Virus record (IMG/VR): IMGVR_UViG_3300036832_001118
Location: 23,761 to 87,760 of that record
Length of the DNA: 64,000 nucleotides
Direction: 5' to 3' (one strand)
Source of the DNA: a virus
Both the position numbers and the translations under genes were made by a program. The notes under the pieces are model-generated. The model saw only the letters and a list, made by a program, of their open reading frames with translations. It did not search any database and was not told where the DNA came from. Positions within the stretch are counted from its first letter, which is position 1. The number at the start of each line of letters is the position of its first letter. This document shows positions 1 to 9,768 of the stretch, in pieces.

Positions 1-1911
1 CAAGGCTGGAGCCTCACCGGCACCGTTGATGACTTCCGCTTTTACAATCGCGCTTTATCTGCGACCGAAATCAACACCATTGCCAGTCTCGGTGAAGCGG
101 TATCGGTCGGCATACCGTTGGTCTTGCGCGCGGCGGCGCGGGCACCGTTGGTCGGCGCGGGGAACGTCAATTCGCGTCTCGCAAGCACATTCAACCTAAG
201 CGCACCGTTGTCCGGTGTGGGCCAGCTTAATTCGCTTCTGGGGCGATCATCTACGCTGCAGGCCCCTCTGCTGGGTGCTGGCAATTTGCTGGCGACGATC
301 GGTCTACCGGCGCAGCCAGGCAAGCTCATTCCGATCAGCGCCGTCTTCAGCGAAGGCCTGATCGATCCGGATACGGGTCAACCCTACGGCACCTGGCACG
401 GGCGCGGCCGGATGGGTGTGACCTTCGGGCGGCTGATGGGGATCTTCGCCCAGTTTGCGGGCGAGGGCGGATGCGCGGTTACCACGACTTGGCTGCAGGC
501 CGACTATATCTGGCCCGGTATTGTCGAGGATGCCGGCGAGCAAGTGTTATACCGCCAGGCGGCGGGGCTGGAGAAGTCACTCGCCACCGTTGATGCTTAT
601 CGGTTGACCCAGACCTACGCCGAGCTGATTCGAGATCAGTGGGATCCTTACCGGATCAGCTCAACCAATCTCCCCTATTTGGCTTGGGCGATGGGGGTCA
701 ACCTGTGGGAGGACAGCTGGTCGGAAGAGTTTAAACGTTGGTGGGTCGCCAACCAGTGGACCAAGAAATACGAGCGCGGCAGCGCACTCGGGCTCAAGGA
801 CTTCGTTAACACGGTCAACGCCTCTCCGGGGATGCACGCCGAGATTGTGAACTTGGTGGTGCCGCCAGCGTGCTTCTATCCGGGCAAGGCGCTGACCGAT
901 GCTGAGCGGGCCGCTTATGTGGCGCGCTTTCCGCAATTGCGCCTCTATCCATACGCGCCGCGCCCGCAGTTGCCCTATCTCGGTTATCTCGGCGGCTACT
1001 CGCTGACTAAGGGTGGTCAAAAGATATTCGTCAAGAACGGTCACTTCCTCGGTCCGCTGCTCAAGTACTACCCGACCAACTACAACGCGGGTGGTCTCTA
1101 CCTGCGTTCAGCCTCGCTGTACGAGCCGAGGACCGGCGTGGAGACCCAGTTGACCGTGCGCACCATCACGGCCGCGTCGCAGCCGGGACAGAAGGAAATC
1201 ACCTACGACGAGATATCGCTGTCCTCTATTCCCGGCAATCTGTTCTATCCGGGAAACAACAACAAACAGTATCTGCTGGCAAGGCATCCGACCACGCAGA
1301 GGCTCAAGCACGCCGTTGTGCTGGGGCGACTACCCTATACGCCAAGCCGTCTGGTGCGAATTCCGCGTGACGGGACACTGGATCGCACACAATACCAAGC
1401 ACTATTCACTACCATTGGTACTGGCCTCGATCCGATCAAGGTGCGGCCGGAACAGGTCTATCAGATACATCCGATGCGACAGCTGGAATGGTACTGCGGC
1501 ATGCCTCTGCGCCGCACCTACCTGACCAAAACGAATGCTTGGCAATTCCTTTACGAGCGTTGGTATCTGTTCGATCCGACGCGGCTTCCCGATAACCGCA
1601 AGGCCGCCACCTACATGGGGCGCGCTCGGTTCGGTATCCATAAATATACGGCCGAGGCCGATATCCAGGCGTGGTTTACCTGGCCGAAGTTCTATGCGCG
1701 GGCCAATGGCTATTACGGCAAGGGGCGATTTTTCCCGCCCAAAAACACCAAACTGATTGATCAAATCAGGCGCGCAGTAACCGCCTCGATGGCGGCGCGC
1801 GACACTGTGCTGATCGACACAGGCATCAAGCGCACAATTCAAATCCGCGATCTGACGGTGCTCGATGGTCGATTCTCCATCGGCCAATATGTCACCGACA
1901 GGACCGCTTGA
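1..1911 (+). CDS. 5'-partial baseplate protein (P2 gpI-like) fused to an N-terminal LamG-like domain end and LxGAGxL repeats
   Basis: Frame is open from base 1 (QGWSLTGTVDDFRFYNRALSATEI, typical LamG C-terminus). The central LPYLAWAMGVNLWEDSWSEEFKR...KYERGS matches the P2 tail protein I motif. Confidence 0.75.
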   Translation, partial: QGWSLTGTVDDFRFYNRALSATEINTIASLGEAVSVGIPLVLRAAARAPLVGAGNVNSRLASTFNLSAPLSGVGQLNSLLGRSSTLQAPLLGAGNLLATIGLPAQPGKLIPISAVFSEGLIDPDTGQPYGTWHGRGRMGVTFGRLMGIFAQFAGEGGCAVTTTWLQADYIWPGIVEDAGEQVLYRQAAGLEKSLATVDAYRLTQTYAELIRDQWDPYRISSTNLPYLAWAMGVNLWEDSWSEEFKRWWVANQWTKKYERGSALGLKDFVNTVNASPGMHAEIVNLVVPPACFYPGKALTDAERAAYVARFPQLRLYPYAPRPQLPYLGYLGGYSLTKGGQKIFVKNGHFLGPLLKYYPTNYNAGGLYLRSASLYEPRTGVETQLTVRTITAASQPGQKEITYDEISLSSIPGNLFYPGNNNKQYLLARHPTTQRLKHAVVLGRLPYTPSRLVRIPRDGTLDRTQYQALFTTIGTGLDPIKVRPEQVYQIHPMRQLEWYCGMPLRRTYLTKTNAWQFLYERWYLFDPTRLPDNRKAATYMGRARFGIHKYTAEADIQAWFTWPKFYARANGYYGKGRFFPPKNTKLIDQIRRAVTASMAARDTVLIDTGIKRTIQIRDLTVLDGRFSIGQYVTDRTA

Positions 1912-1921
1912 GGAGTCAACG

Positions 1922-4507
1922 ATGGCCGAAAAAGAAGTCTTGTTTGAAGACAATATGGAGACCCAGGCGCAGGACTTTAACAACCTGCAAGACTGGATCG
2001 GCAAGTCGATTGACGACGTCGTTGTTGACGCGATCGATGCCGGCAATGCCTACACGGGTTTGGGCATATCCAAGGCGGCGGCTACCCAGGTGACCATTGC
2101 GCCGGGTAGGTTGTACTGGGGCGGTGCCGTCTACATCATGGAAGACCCGGTTACGATCGACTTTCAAACAGTTGCCGGTGGAATGCCGGTGACGCAGAAG
2201 CGGCAAATCGCCATCGTCGCGTGGGGCAGCACGATCACGACCGATGTCCAGCCGCGCAACTTCGTTGTCGACGCAGACACCGGGCAGGCGCAGCCCGAGA
2301 GCGTGGCGATGACCAGCATTCGGACCTGCAACGTTGGCCCGATCCCCGGCGTTGAAGCGCCCAGTCCTAACTATCCGGCTGTGCCCGCCACCAACTTGCT
2401 GATTGGCTACGTGCTGATGGACCCGTCTGGCGTGGTGTCCATTCAGCAGACGAGTTCAACGCAGCTTACGAATTTGACGACCCTGGGCAATGCGGTCGGC
2501 GGACTGATGGCGTGGCAGGGTATTGTTAATGGGCAGATTTCTACTCTACAGACCAGCTTGGCGGCATTGGCTGCCAGCCTGGCGAACTATGTCACCCTCG
2601 ACATGTTCAGCAAGCTAACAGATCTCGTGAATCAGATATGGCAGATCGTCAACAAGCCAGCCACTTATGTGCTCGACAGCATTGATAACTTCTTCGATTT
2701 ATCTCAGTCCGCAGTAGGCACTAATGTCGACGGACCATACGCTGCCAATGTGGCGGAGGGCATTCGCTTTGTTTCGAATGGTAACTGGACCGGAAAGTTG
2801 GTGTTGTTGAATAATACTGAGCCAGCAATTCAAGCCTGGGATACGTTCATTCTGCCGAAACCCTCGGGCATGCGCGTGCGCATGGACTGCAGTTTTCAGG
2901 GCCTTGATTGGGTCGCGGAACGTATTCTTGGGCATCCGTATTGGACCTACTCACCGCGCAAACTGGCCTGGGCACGTGAGCGGTTTCGTTGCGGCGTGCC
3001 GTTCTTGCCGTGCCCATCTCCAACGGTGTTTGCTTGGACCGGCACGCTCGATCCAGTCTACTGCAATTTGCGCTTTGATGCAGGCGACACATGGCCGGGT
3101 ATACCGTGCAACCAGCTGGTTAAGTATCCGGATGATGACTGGGATTTCCCGCGCTACATCCCGAACCGTAATTTCTATTACTGGGAAGACGCTGTCGATG
3201 TGTTTTACTGGAGCAAGGTGAGCGCCAGTCTACACTATAACCACAATCACTACGGCCAATCATTTCTCAATTCTCAAGACGGCTGGCTTGGCGGAATTAC
3301 CGTGTTCAGCATGGTGCCGAATTATTTTCAGCCACTGACCCTATTGATCTATCGCTGCGACGATCAGGGAGTGCCGGATCATCAGCAATGCATCGCTCAA
3401 CTCGATCTTGATGCTGCCGGGGTGCAGGCTTGTTACAGCAACCCGATACAATTGGGTGATTTGGTCGCTCCCGCTCAATTGACGTTTGAACTTCAACAAG
3501 CGTTACAGGCTGGCTATAGGCCTGGCGATTTTATTGGGTATACGAGCGATGAAGGTGTAAGGGCCTATATGAGTTTTGGTTTTGTCGTGGTTCCGGGTAA
3601 TTTCGTAAATAATGCGCAAGTCTGGAACATTTATTTTCCAGGTTTCCCGGTCTTTGCCTATCCGGTGCGACTGACGTTCTCGCCAGTATATCTCGAAGCT
3701 GGCAAGCGTTATTCGTTTCATCTAGGCAGCCAATCCGATCATCAGTTCGCAGTCTCCATTGACCCGTCCTGCTACTCAGTGCATCACGGCGATTTCTGGG
3801 AGTACGATGGCTCTGCTTGGTTCCGGGTTGTGACGGGTGGGCCACGGACGCTGCGCTTCATGCTGCATTATCTGGTCTGGGGACAGTATGGGCAGAACAC
3901 GCCGACCGGGCAGCTGCGCTACGATGTGGAGATGCAGCCGCTGTCTCTAACCGGCGGCATCCAATCGGCCGACATTCTGGCTGAGCATATCATTCCAGCA
4001 GCCACGGACCTGAGCTATGCGCTGTTTCTCAACAATAAGTGGCAGCCGTTCGATTCCAACCCGAATAACCCGACGCCGCTTAATTCTTCGGTACAACTGG
4101 CACGCTTGAAGATCGTCTTCACCGGCACGACCGATTTGATGCCTGGTGTTAGCCTGACCAACAGCCAAGTAAAGCTGACAGGTACGACGCAGAACCAGTT
4201 CTATCACATCTCGACCAACATCTCGCGCGGCTCGCCGACCGGTACTGGCCTTCAGGTCATTACCAGCTCGACCAATTTCGTGCCGGCCCATCATACGCTG
4301 AGCTGCTTCATCCACACGACGGCGCGACAGACGCCGACGACAGTCAGCCCCCCTGTGGTGCTGAGCGACGGAGTCACCACTCAGCACGTCTGGCAGTTTA
4401 CGACGGGGGTCACCTCTGTCAGCAACTATCAGGTGGAATTGTCGGGCGGCACTGATGGTACCGGCGACAACTTTGTGGTCAACCAACGATCGGCCTACGG
4501 TAAATAA
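1922..4507 (+). CDS. Large baseplate/tail structural protein
   Basis: ATG at 1922 after GAGGAG; beta-rich ORF of about 860 aa between gpI-like and fibre genes. Confidence 0.6.
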   Translation: MAEKEVLFEDNMETQAQDFNNLQDWIGKSIDDVVVDAIDAGNAYTGLGISKAAATQVTIAPGRLYWGGAVYIMEDPVTIDFQTVAGGMPVTQKRQIAIVAWGSTITTDVQPRNFVVDADTGQAQPESVAMTSIRTCNVGPIPGVEAPSPNYPAVPATNLLIGYVLMDPSGVVSIQQTSSTQLTNLTTLGNAVGGLMAWQGIVNGQISTLQTSLAALAASLANYVTLDMFSKLTDLVNQIWQIVNKPATYVLDSIDNFFDLSQSAVGTNVDGPYAANVAEGIRFVSNGNWTGKLVLLNNTEPAIQAWDTFILPKPSGMRVRMDCSFQGLDWVAERILGHPYWTYSPRKLAWARERFRCGVPFLPCPSPTVFAWTGTLDPVYCNLRFDAGDTWPGIPCNQLVKYPDDDWDFPRYIPNRNFYYWEDAVDVFYWSKVSASLHYNHNHYGQSFLNSQDGWLGGITVFSMVPNYFQPLTLLIYRCDDQGVPDHQQCIAQLDLDAAGVQACYSNPIQLGDLVAPAQLTFELQQALQAGYRPGDFIGYTSDEGVRAYMSFGFVVVPGNFVNNAQVWNIYFPGFPVFAYPVRLTFSPVYLEAGKRYSFHLGSQSDHQFAVSIDPSCYSVHHGDFWEYDGSAWFRVVTGGPRTLRFMLHYLVWGQYGQNTPTGQLRYDVEMQPLSLTGGIQSADILAEHIIPAATDLSYALFLNNKWQPFDSNPNNPTPLNSSVQLARLKIVFTGTTDLMPGVSLTNSQVKLTGTTQNQFYHISTNISRGSPTGTGLQVITSSTNFVPAHHTLSCFIHTTARQTPTTVSPPVVLSDGVTTQHVWQFTTGVTSVSNYQVELSGGTDGTGDNFVVNQRSAYGK

Positions 4508-4518
4508 GGAGAGAAGTT

Positions 4519-4704
4519 ATGGCGGAACAGTATTATAGCGTTCGACCAAAGACGGTTTTCCAAGCCAATGACGTGATTTTCTATCCGGGGCGCGGCGACT
4601 ACATCGTTGCGGAGAGTGTTTATAACGGTAAGACCGATGATGGCCAGGCCAATTTTATGGACCTGTGCGAGTCGGCAACGCCGGTTAACGCTCCGGGCAG
4701 TTAG
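4519..4704 (+). CDS. Small hypothetical tail-region protein
   Basis: AGGAG RBS; fills the gap in the operon. Confidence 0.6.
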   Translation: MAEQYYSVRPKTVFQANDVIFYPGRGDYIVAESVYNGKTDDGQANFMDLCESATPVNAPGS

Positions 4705-4705
4705 A

Positions 4706-6067
4706 ATGGGTCAGATAATAGACCCCAACTCACTGCTGCTTAAGACCGATCAGCAGCCAGCGAATGTCGCTTTCTTCAACAATCTGATTAGCCAGATGTG
4801 TTTTGCCATCAACGGCGTTGGCACTCGCATGGATGGCTACGATGCTGCTGAGCAGAACTTGGTCAATCTGGGACTGGCCAACATCAATTCCACGCTGGGT
4901 CCCTTCCTCAGCACCCTGCAGCAGGCAGCGCAGTTAGGGTTCCTGGTGGCGGAGGCGGATGGTGTTACGGCCTCGCTGACTCTGGGGCAGCCATTCGAGC
5001 TTGTGCTGACCAGCAATGGCGCCAGCCTGTTCACCCCGACCACATGGCTGATGGCCATGGACGTGACCGACAATACCAACTGGGGCGTGCTCCAGCTGGT
5101 GAGTTGGGTGCAGGAGGACTTGAACCTCTCCACCACCTGCATCTACGCCAGCAAGACCAAGGCATCTGCTTCGTGGCAAGTGTGCTGCGGCAGTGGCGTG
5201 CTCAATGCCATGGTCAACGATCTGCAGGCTGCCAACACTGCGGCGACCAATGCGCAGAACGCGGCCAGCAGCGCGCAGACCAACGCCAATTACGTGCAGA
5301 GCGTTGCCACCACAATATCGACGTCTGGCAACGTCATCTCGGTCGCGGGCAAGGCCGGCACCGTGACGCTGGTCGAGGGTGACATTGCCAACCTGACCTC
5401 GGACTTGGCAGCGCGGCCGACCAGCACCTACGTTAACAATGCCGTGGCTGGGCTGCAGCCGCGCAGCGCCAACCTCGATCAATTGTCGAGCAGCGCCCTG
5501 ACCGCGTTCGGCTTCGCGCTGTTCAGCGCCGCTAATTCCGCCGCCGCCATGACGACACTGGGTGCGGCAGGGTTGATCAGTCCTAGCTTCAGCGGTGTGC
5601 CCAAGGCCCCAACCCAGGCACCGGGAGATAACTCAACCAACATCAGCACGACGGCATTCGTTGCGGCAGCGCTTACAACAGCGCTGGCCAGTTATCAGAC
5701 GACAGCTGGCTTGGCTACCGCAGTCGCTGGGTTGACCATTAACTCGAATCAGATAGCCGCCGCCTTCAATGACCAGACCGCCACCAGCTACACCTTTGCG
5801 GCGAGCGACGTTGGTAAGCAGATCACCCTAACCAACAGCGCCGCCATAACTGCCACCCTACCGAACAACTTGCCCAAGGGCTGGAACTGCTTGGTGTGGC
5901 AGGGCGGCGCCGGGCAGGTGACGTTCACAGCTGGCAGCGGTGCCACGCTAGTCAACCGCCAGAGCAAGACCAAGACCGCCGGGCAGTACGCGATGGTCAG
6001 CTTGATGGTGATGAGCAATAGCATTGGCACCAGCGCGGTGTACGCGCTTGGCGGGGATGCAGCCTGA
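4706..6067 (+). CDS. Tail fibre protein
   Basis: Fibre motifs VISVAGKAGTVTL and SPSFSGVPKAPTQAPGDNSTNISTTAFV; C-terminal beta domain (SYTFAASDVGK...QGGAGQVTF). Confidence 0.75.
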   Translation: MGQIIDPNSLLLKTDQQPANVAFFNNLISQMCFAINGVGTRMDGYDAAEQNLVNLGLANINSTLGPFLSTLQQAAQLGFLVAEADGVTASLTLGQPFELVLTSNGASLFTPTTWLMAMDVTDNTNWGVLQLVSWVQEDLNLSTTCIYASKTKASASWQVCCGSGVLNAMVNDLQAANTAATNAQNAASSAQTNANYVQSVATTISTSGNVISVAGKAGTVTLVEGDIANLTSDLAARPTSTYVNNAVAGLQPRSANLDQLSSSALTAFGFALFSAANSAAAMTTLGAAGLISPSFSGVPKAPTQAPGDNSTNISTTAFVAAALTTALASYQTTAGLATAVAGLTINSNQIAAAFNDQTATSYTFAASDVGKQITLTNSAAITATLPNNLPKGWNCLVWQGGAGQVTFTAGSGATLVNRQSKTKTAGQYAMVSLMVMSNSIGTSAVYALGGDAA

Positions 6068-6771
6068 TGCTGATGGTGCCAAGCACGCGCGGGTTCGTCG
6101 GCGCTGTACCGCTGCCGCCCTCAGCGCTTGACCCAAATTTTAGCGTGCCGGCGATAACGCTGAGCAACAACAACTTGACCGCCATCGGCAACTCGACGAC
6201 CAGCTCCGGCTCGGTGCTCGGTACCCAAGGGGCGGCCAGCGGCAAGCGCTACTTCGAGGCAACCTTCGATATCCTGGCCACTACTCCAAATGGGCTGGGG
6301 TCATTCGTCGGCGTGGTCAACACCTACTTCACGCGCCTAGCATATCCGGCAGGACTGAACCTGACTTTTATGTATCCCGGCACCGACAGTTATAGCTGGG
6401 GCTTCGGCCAATACCAGGGAAATTACATGGCCCAGCTGATTGGCGGAACTCCAAGTGGTACAGCGTTTTCTGGGAGTAATGGTGCCGTCGCGATGGTCGC
6501 CGTCGACCTCGACGCGGGTCATCTTTGGTTCGGCATGAATGGAGCCTGGTGTCAGGGTAGTCCGCTTGGAACAGTCGATTTTAGCATTCCTCCAGGGGGA
6601 TCGTTAGGGGGAGCGTTGTGGCCCGCGGTCTTTGTGACCGCGAACCCGAACTTTACCCAGGTCACCTTCAACCCTGGCTACGGGCCGTTCCAATACGGGC
6701 CGCCCAGCGGCTTCATAGCCTGGGGCGCGGGCGACGGCACCGGGGCATTTGTTAGCACAAGTCCCCGTTAA
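6067..6771 (+). CDS. SPRY/B30.2-like domain tail protein
   Basis: LSNNNLTA, SGKRYFE, VAVDLDAGHLWFGMNG, LWPAV, FQYGPPSGF motifs; paralogous to the C-terminus of 21012..22511. Confidence 0.7.
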   Translation: MLMVPSTRGFVGAVPLPPSALDPNFSVPAITLSNNNLTAIGNSTTSSGSVLGTQGAASGKRYFEATFDILATTPNGLGSFVGVVNTYFTRLAYPAGLNLTFMYPGTDSYSWGFGQYQGNYMAQLIGGTPSGTAFSGSNGAVAMVAVDLDAGHLWFGMNGAWCQGSPLGTVDFSIPPGGSLGGALWPAVFVTANPNFTQVTFNPGYGPFQYGPPSGFIAWGAGDGTGAFVSTSPR

Positions 6772-6804
6772 TGATGTCCGCAATGAAACATCACAGGATA
6801 GAAA

Positions 6805-7041
6805 ATGCCCATCCAAATCAACAACCAAACACTTGAGCTGGATGGCATCCAAAGCATCCTCGTCAGCGACATTCAGCCCGACACCGACACCGACTACTTT
6901 GTCCGCATTCTCACCTTCTTTAGCGATCCAATATCCACAACCAATCGCGCGCCGTTGTTAACACTGAAACTCTATGGCGGAAGCCAGTCCACCAACGACA
7001 AGTCTGAATTAGAAATCCAAACTCCGTCTCTGGAGTTTTAG
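6805..7041 (+). CDS. Hypothetical protein
   Basis: AGGA RBS; 78-aa ORF before the terminator. Confidence 0.55.
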   Translation: MPIQINNQTLELDGIQSILVSDIQPDTDTDYFVRILTFFSDPISTTNRAPLLTLKLYGGSQSTNDKSELEIQTPSLEF

Positions 7042-7091
7042 TTCACCGAGCCTCCCTGGACCTGGATCCCTATCCCTCACAGGTCCCACCT

Positions 7092-7124
7092 GGCCGGCAG
7101 CTCGCGCTGTCGGCCTTTTTGTTT
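7092..7124 (+). terminator. Intrinsic terminator
   Basis: GGCCGGCAGC-tcgc-GCTGTCGGCC hairpin followed by a T-tract. Confidence 0.7.
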
Positions 7125-7147
7125 TCCTGCACCGAAGGAGCAGCAAC

Positions 7148-9043
7148 ATGTCTCAGCCCTATTTCGGCCTACAGTTTATCCAACTCGACGACCAGCCGAT
7201 TCCGGTGCTGGGTGCCAATATGGATGTGATTGGAATTATTGGACCGTGCAGCACGGCCGATAATACCGTGTTTCCCCTCAACACCCCCGTCCTCGTCTAC
7301 TCGAACGATACCGATACCCTACAATCGCTTGGGAGTGACGGATACATCCAAGATGCCATCAACGGCATCAATGCGCAGTTGGCTGACTTCCAGGTCGCGG
7401 CGCAACTCGTGATCGTCGTCACGCCGTATGGAACGGCCGCGGACCTCAACATCAAGACGCAGCAGACGATTGCCAACATCATGGGCAACAGCGTCATGCG
7501 CACTGGTGTGTGGGCATTCACTAACGCGGCCAATATGCTGTACTGCACGCCGCGCCTGATCATCGCCCCCGGCTATACTGGTCAGATGGCCAACAGTTTG
7601 AACACGCTGTTCGTCAACACGGTTGGTATCGGCTACGTCCCCTATGGGACCTATCAGATCCAGTTCGCGCCGGGTGTGGGCGAACTCAATGGAGCGACGT
7701 TGGTTCTTCCCACCGCGCATGCGGTGGCGGAGGCGGATGGCTCGATCCATGAGCAGGATATCTTCATTGATAGCTGGGGGGCCTGGTTCACATCGGCGCC
7801 GACCGCAACCATTGTGACGCCCGACGGGCCGCCGGTCGTGGCGCAGCGTGCTTCGGGCAGCATGATCTTCAATCAGAACCCCGGCATCGGTTCGACCATC
7901 ACGCTCGGCGGAACGACCGTGACGTTTGTCTCCGGCACGCCGACCGGCAATCAGGTGCAGATCGGCGCCAACCTGTCGATCACGCTGAACAATTTGCTGA
8001 CGATGCTCAACGCCAGCGCCGACACCAACATCAGGATCTGTCAGCCGTATACGCTGAGCACCAACCAGCTGTTGTTCATCGCGACTGCCGCGGGGGCAGC
8101 CGGCAACGGCTTCACGCTTTCCGGGACGGTCACTGGGCTCTCGATCTCTGGGCCACACCTGACGGGCGGTCAAGATGCAATGGCCTCGGTCCGGTGCACG
8201 ATGACGGCGACGGTCGCGCTCGGTGCCAACCCGGTCTGCGCAGCGCTCGGCGGCGGCGTGCTCGATAATCTGATCGGGCAAGCGATTGTTGAGAGTGCCG
8301 GCACCTCGCAAATCCAGGACGAGAACTGGCGCACCACGATGAACAATCAAAGGGTCATTGCGGTCAGCGGTGGGGTGAAGATCCAGGATCCCGTGTCAGG
8401 CAACATCATCGTGGTGCCGCGAGCTGGTCGTGAGGCTGGCCTTGCTGTGGCACGTGACTTTGCCACCGGCGCGCCGTTCCACTCCTGGGCCAACCAGCCC
8501 ATCCAGGGCATCGTCGGGCCCGCCCGCACGGTCGAGTTCTCACTGACTGATCCGGCCTGTGAGGGGCAGCAACTGCTTGCCGCCAATATCGGCATCATCG
8601 CCCGCGGTTTGATTGGTGTGGAAACGGCGGTCAGTTCCGGCGGGTTCATCTCGATCACGTTGGACAACACAGGGGATGATCCTCTGTGGCAAATGATTAA
8701 CGTAAAACGCGGCAGAGACTTCATTCACCTCAGTCTCATGCCAGTGTTGCGGACCTACCTCGGGCGCTCCAATATTGATCGGCAGACGGTAACTAATGTT
8801 ATCACCACGATCAATGACTTCCTGTTCACCCTGAAGGCGCGCCAGCAAATCATCGACGGCAAGGCGTCATTCAACGGCAGCTTCAACACCGCAGGCGAAA
8901 TCCGGCTCGGTCACCTGACCGTTGGGTTCTCCGCCGAAGAAGCGCCGGTGCTCAAACTGATCACGACCATGTCGTCTCGGTACAAACCTGCGATAGATCA
9001 AATGGTCGCACAGCTAGAGCAACAGCTAAATATCTCGGCCTAA
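7148..9043 (+). CDS. Contractile tail sheath protein (P2 FI-like)
   Basis: FPLNTPVL, TGVWAF...PRLIIAPGYT, PFHSWANQPIQGIVG and W..INVKRGRDFI sheath motifs; strong AAGGAG RBS. Confidence 0.9.
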   Translation: MSQPYFGLQFIQLDDQPIPVLGANMDVIGIIGPCSTADNTVFPLNTPVLVYSNDTDTLQSLGSDGYIQDAINGINAQLADFQVAAQLVIVVTPYGTAADLNIKTQQTIANIMGNSVMRTGVWAFTNAANMLYCTPRLIIAPGYTGQMANSLNTLFVNTVGIGYVPYGTYQIQFAPGVGELNGATLVLPTAHAVAEADGSIHEQDIFIDSWGAWFTSAPTATIVTPDGPPVVAQRASGSMIFNQNPGIGSTITLGGTTVTFVSGTPTGNQVQIGANLSITLNNLLTMLNASADTNIRICQPYTLSTNQLLFIATAAGAAGNGFTLSGTVTGLSISGPHLTGGQDAMASVRCTMTATVALGANPVCAALGGGVLDNLIGQAIVESAGTSQIQDENWRTTMNNQRVIAVSGGVKIQDPVSGNIIVVPRAGREAGLAVARDFATGAPFHSWANQPIQGIVGPARTVEFSLTDPACEGQQLLAANIGIIARGLIGVETAVSSGGFISITLDNTGDDPLWQMINVKRGRDFIHLSLMPVLRTYLGRSNIDRQTVTNVITTINDFLFTLKARQQIIDGKASFNGSFNTAGEIRLGHLTVGFSAEEAPVLKLITTMSSRYKPAIDQMVAQLEQQLNISA

Positions 9044-9083
9044 ATCCGAAGGAAGTCGGAAGTACTGGCATAAAAATCTGATA

Positions 9084-9125
9084 TCCGCTATGGTGGTGCC
9101 TGCCACTCGGCATCATCATAGCGGA
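9084..9125 (+). promoter_or_regulatory. 17-bp RNA hairpin overlapping the RBS of the HNH gene
   Basis: TCCGCTATGGTGGTGCC pairs with GGCATCATCATAGCGGA (GU allowed); the 3' arm includes the start of the GGAGGG SD before GTG 9133. Confidence 0.6.
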
Positions 9126-9132
9126 GGGAAAC

Positions 9133-9642
9133 GTGAGCCATATCATAGGCTTAATAGGAGAGCGCTTCGGGCGTCTATTGGTCATTGCCAGGGGCCCAAG
9201 CACTAAAGTTAACGGTTTTGCTTGTTGGGCTTGTCAGTGCGATTGCGGCAAGGTCACGGTCGTTAGCGGCATTAACCTACGGAATGGTCAGACCCGCTCC
9301 TGTGGATGTCTTAGGAAAGAAATGCTTGACGCCGGATTACATGTCACTCACGGGAATCGTCGCGGCCGTAAATCAACGCCAGAATATCAAACTTGGCTTG
9401 AGATGATGCGCCGTTGTTACAATCCGAACTTCATTGGTTTCAAAGATTACGGGGGTCGAGGTATTCGAGTTTGCAGAAAGTGGCGCCGGTCATTTGAGGC
9501 GTTTCTTGCTGATGTAGATAGGCGCCCGTCGCCTGAATACTCGATAGATCGTATCAACAACAACGGAAATTACGAGCCCGGCAACGTGCGTTGGGCTACG
9601 CGTAAAGAACAAGCAAACAATAGACGACCGCGGACAAAGTAA
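9133..9642 (+). CDS. Free-standing HNH homing endonuclease
   Basis: GERFGRLLV, CQCDCG, SCGCL, YGGRGIRVC..W, SIDRINNNGNYEPGNVRWAT..EQANN; lower GC than the flanks. Confidence 0.9.
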   Translation: MSHIIGLIGERFGRLLVIARGPSTKVNGFACWACQCDCGKVTVVSGINLRNGQTRSCGCLRKEMLDAGLHVTHGNRRGRKSTPEYQTWLEMMRRCYNPNFIGFKDYGGRGIRVCRKWRRSFEAFLADVDRRPSPEYSIDRINNNGNYEPGNVRWATRKEQANNRRPRTK

Positions 9643-9690
9643 CGCGGCGGCGACGAAGTTCGCCTGAATCAACCAAACACACCGTTTCCG

Positions 9691-9720
9691 AAACCCGGCC
9701 TTCGCGCCGGGTTTTTTGTT
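9691..9720 (+). terminator. Intrinsic terminator
   Basis: AAACCCGGC-cttcgc-GCCGGGTTT followed by further Ts. Confidence 0.75.
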
Positions 9721-9768
9721 GCCCGGAACACACTTCAAGCGGCCATACAAGAGCAGGAGTACTTCAAG

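Noticed and set aside
9044-9768. Group I intron around the HNH gene
   Set aside because: Sheath and tube genes are each complete and no intron core is recognisable; the endonuclease is free-standing.
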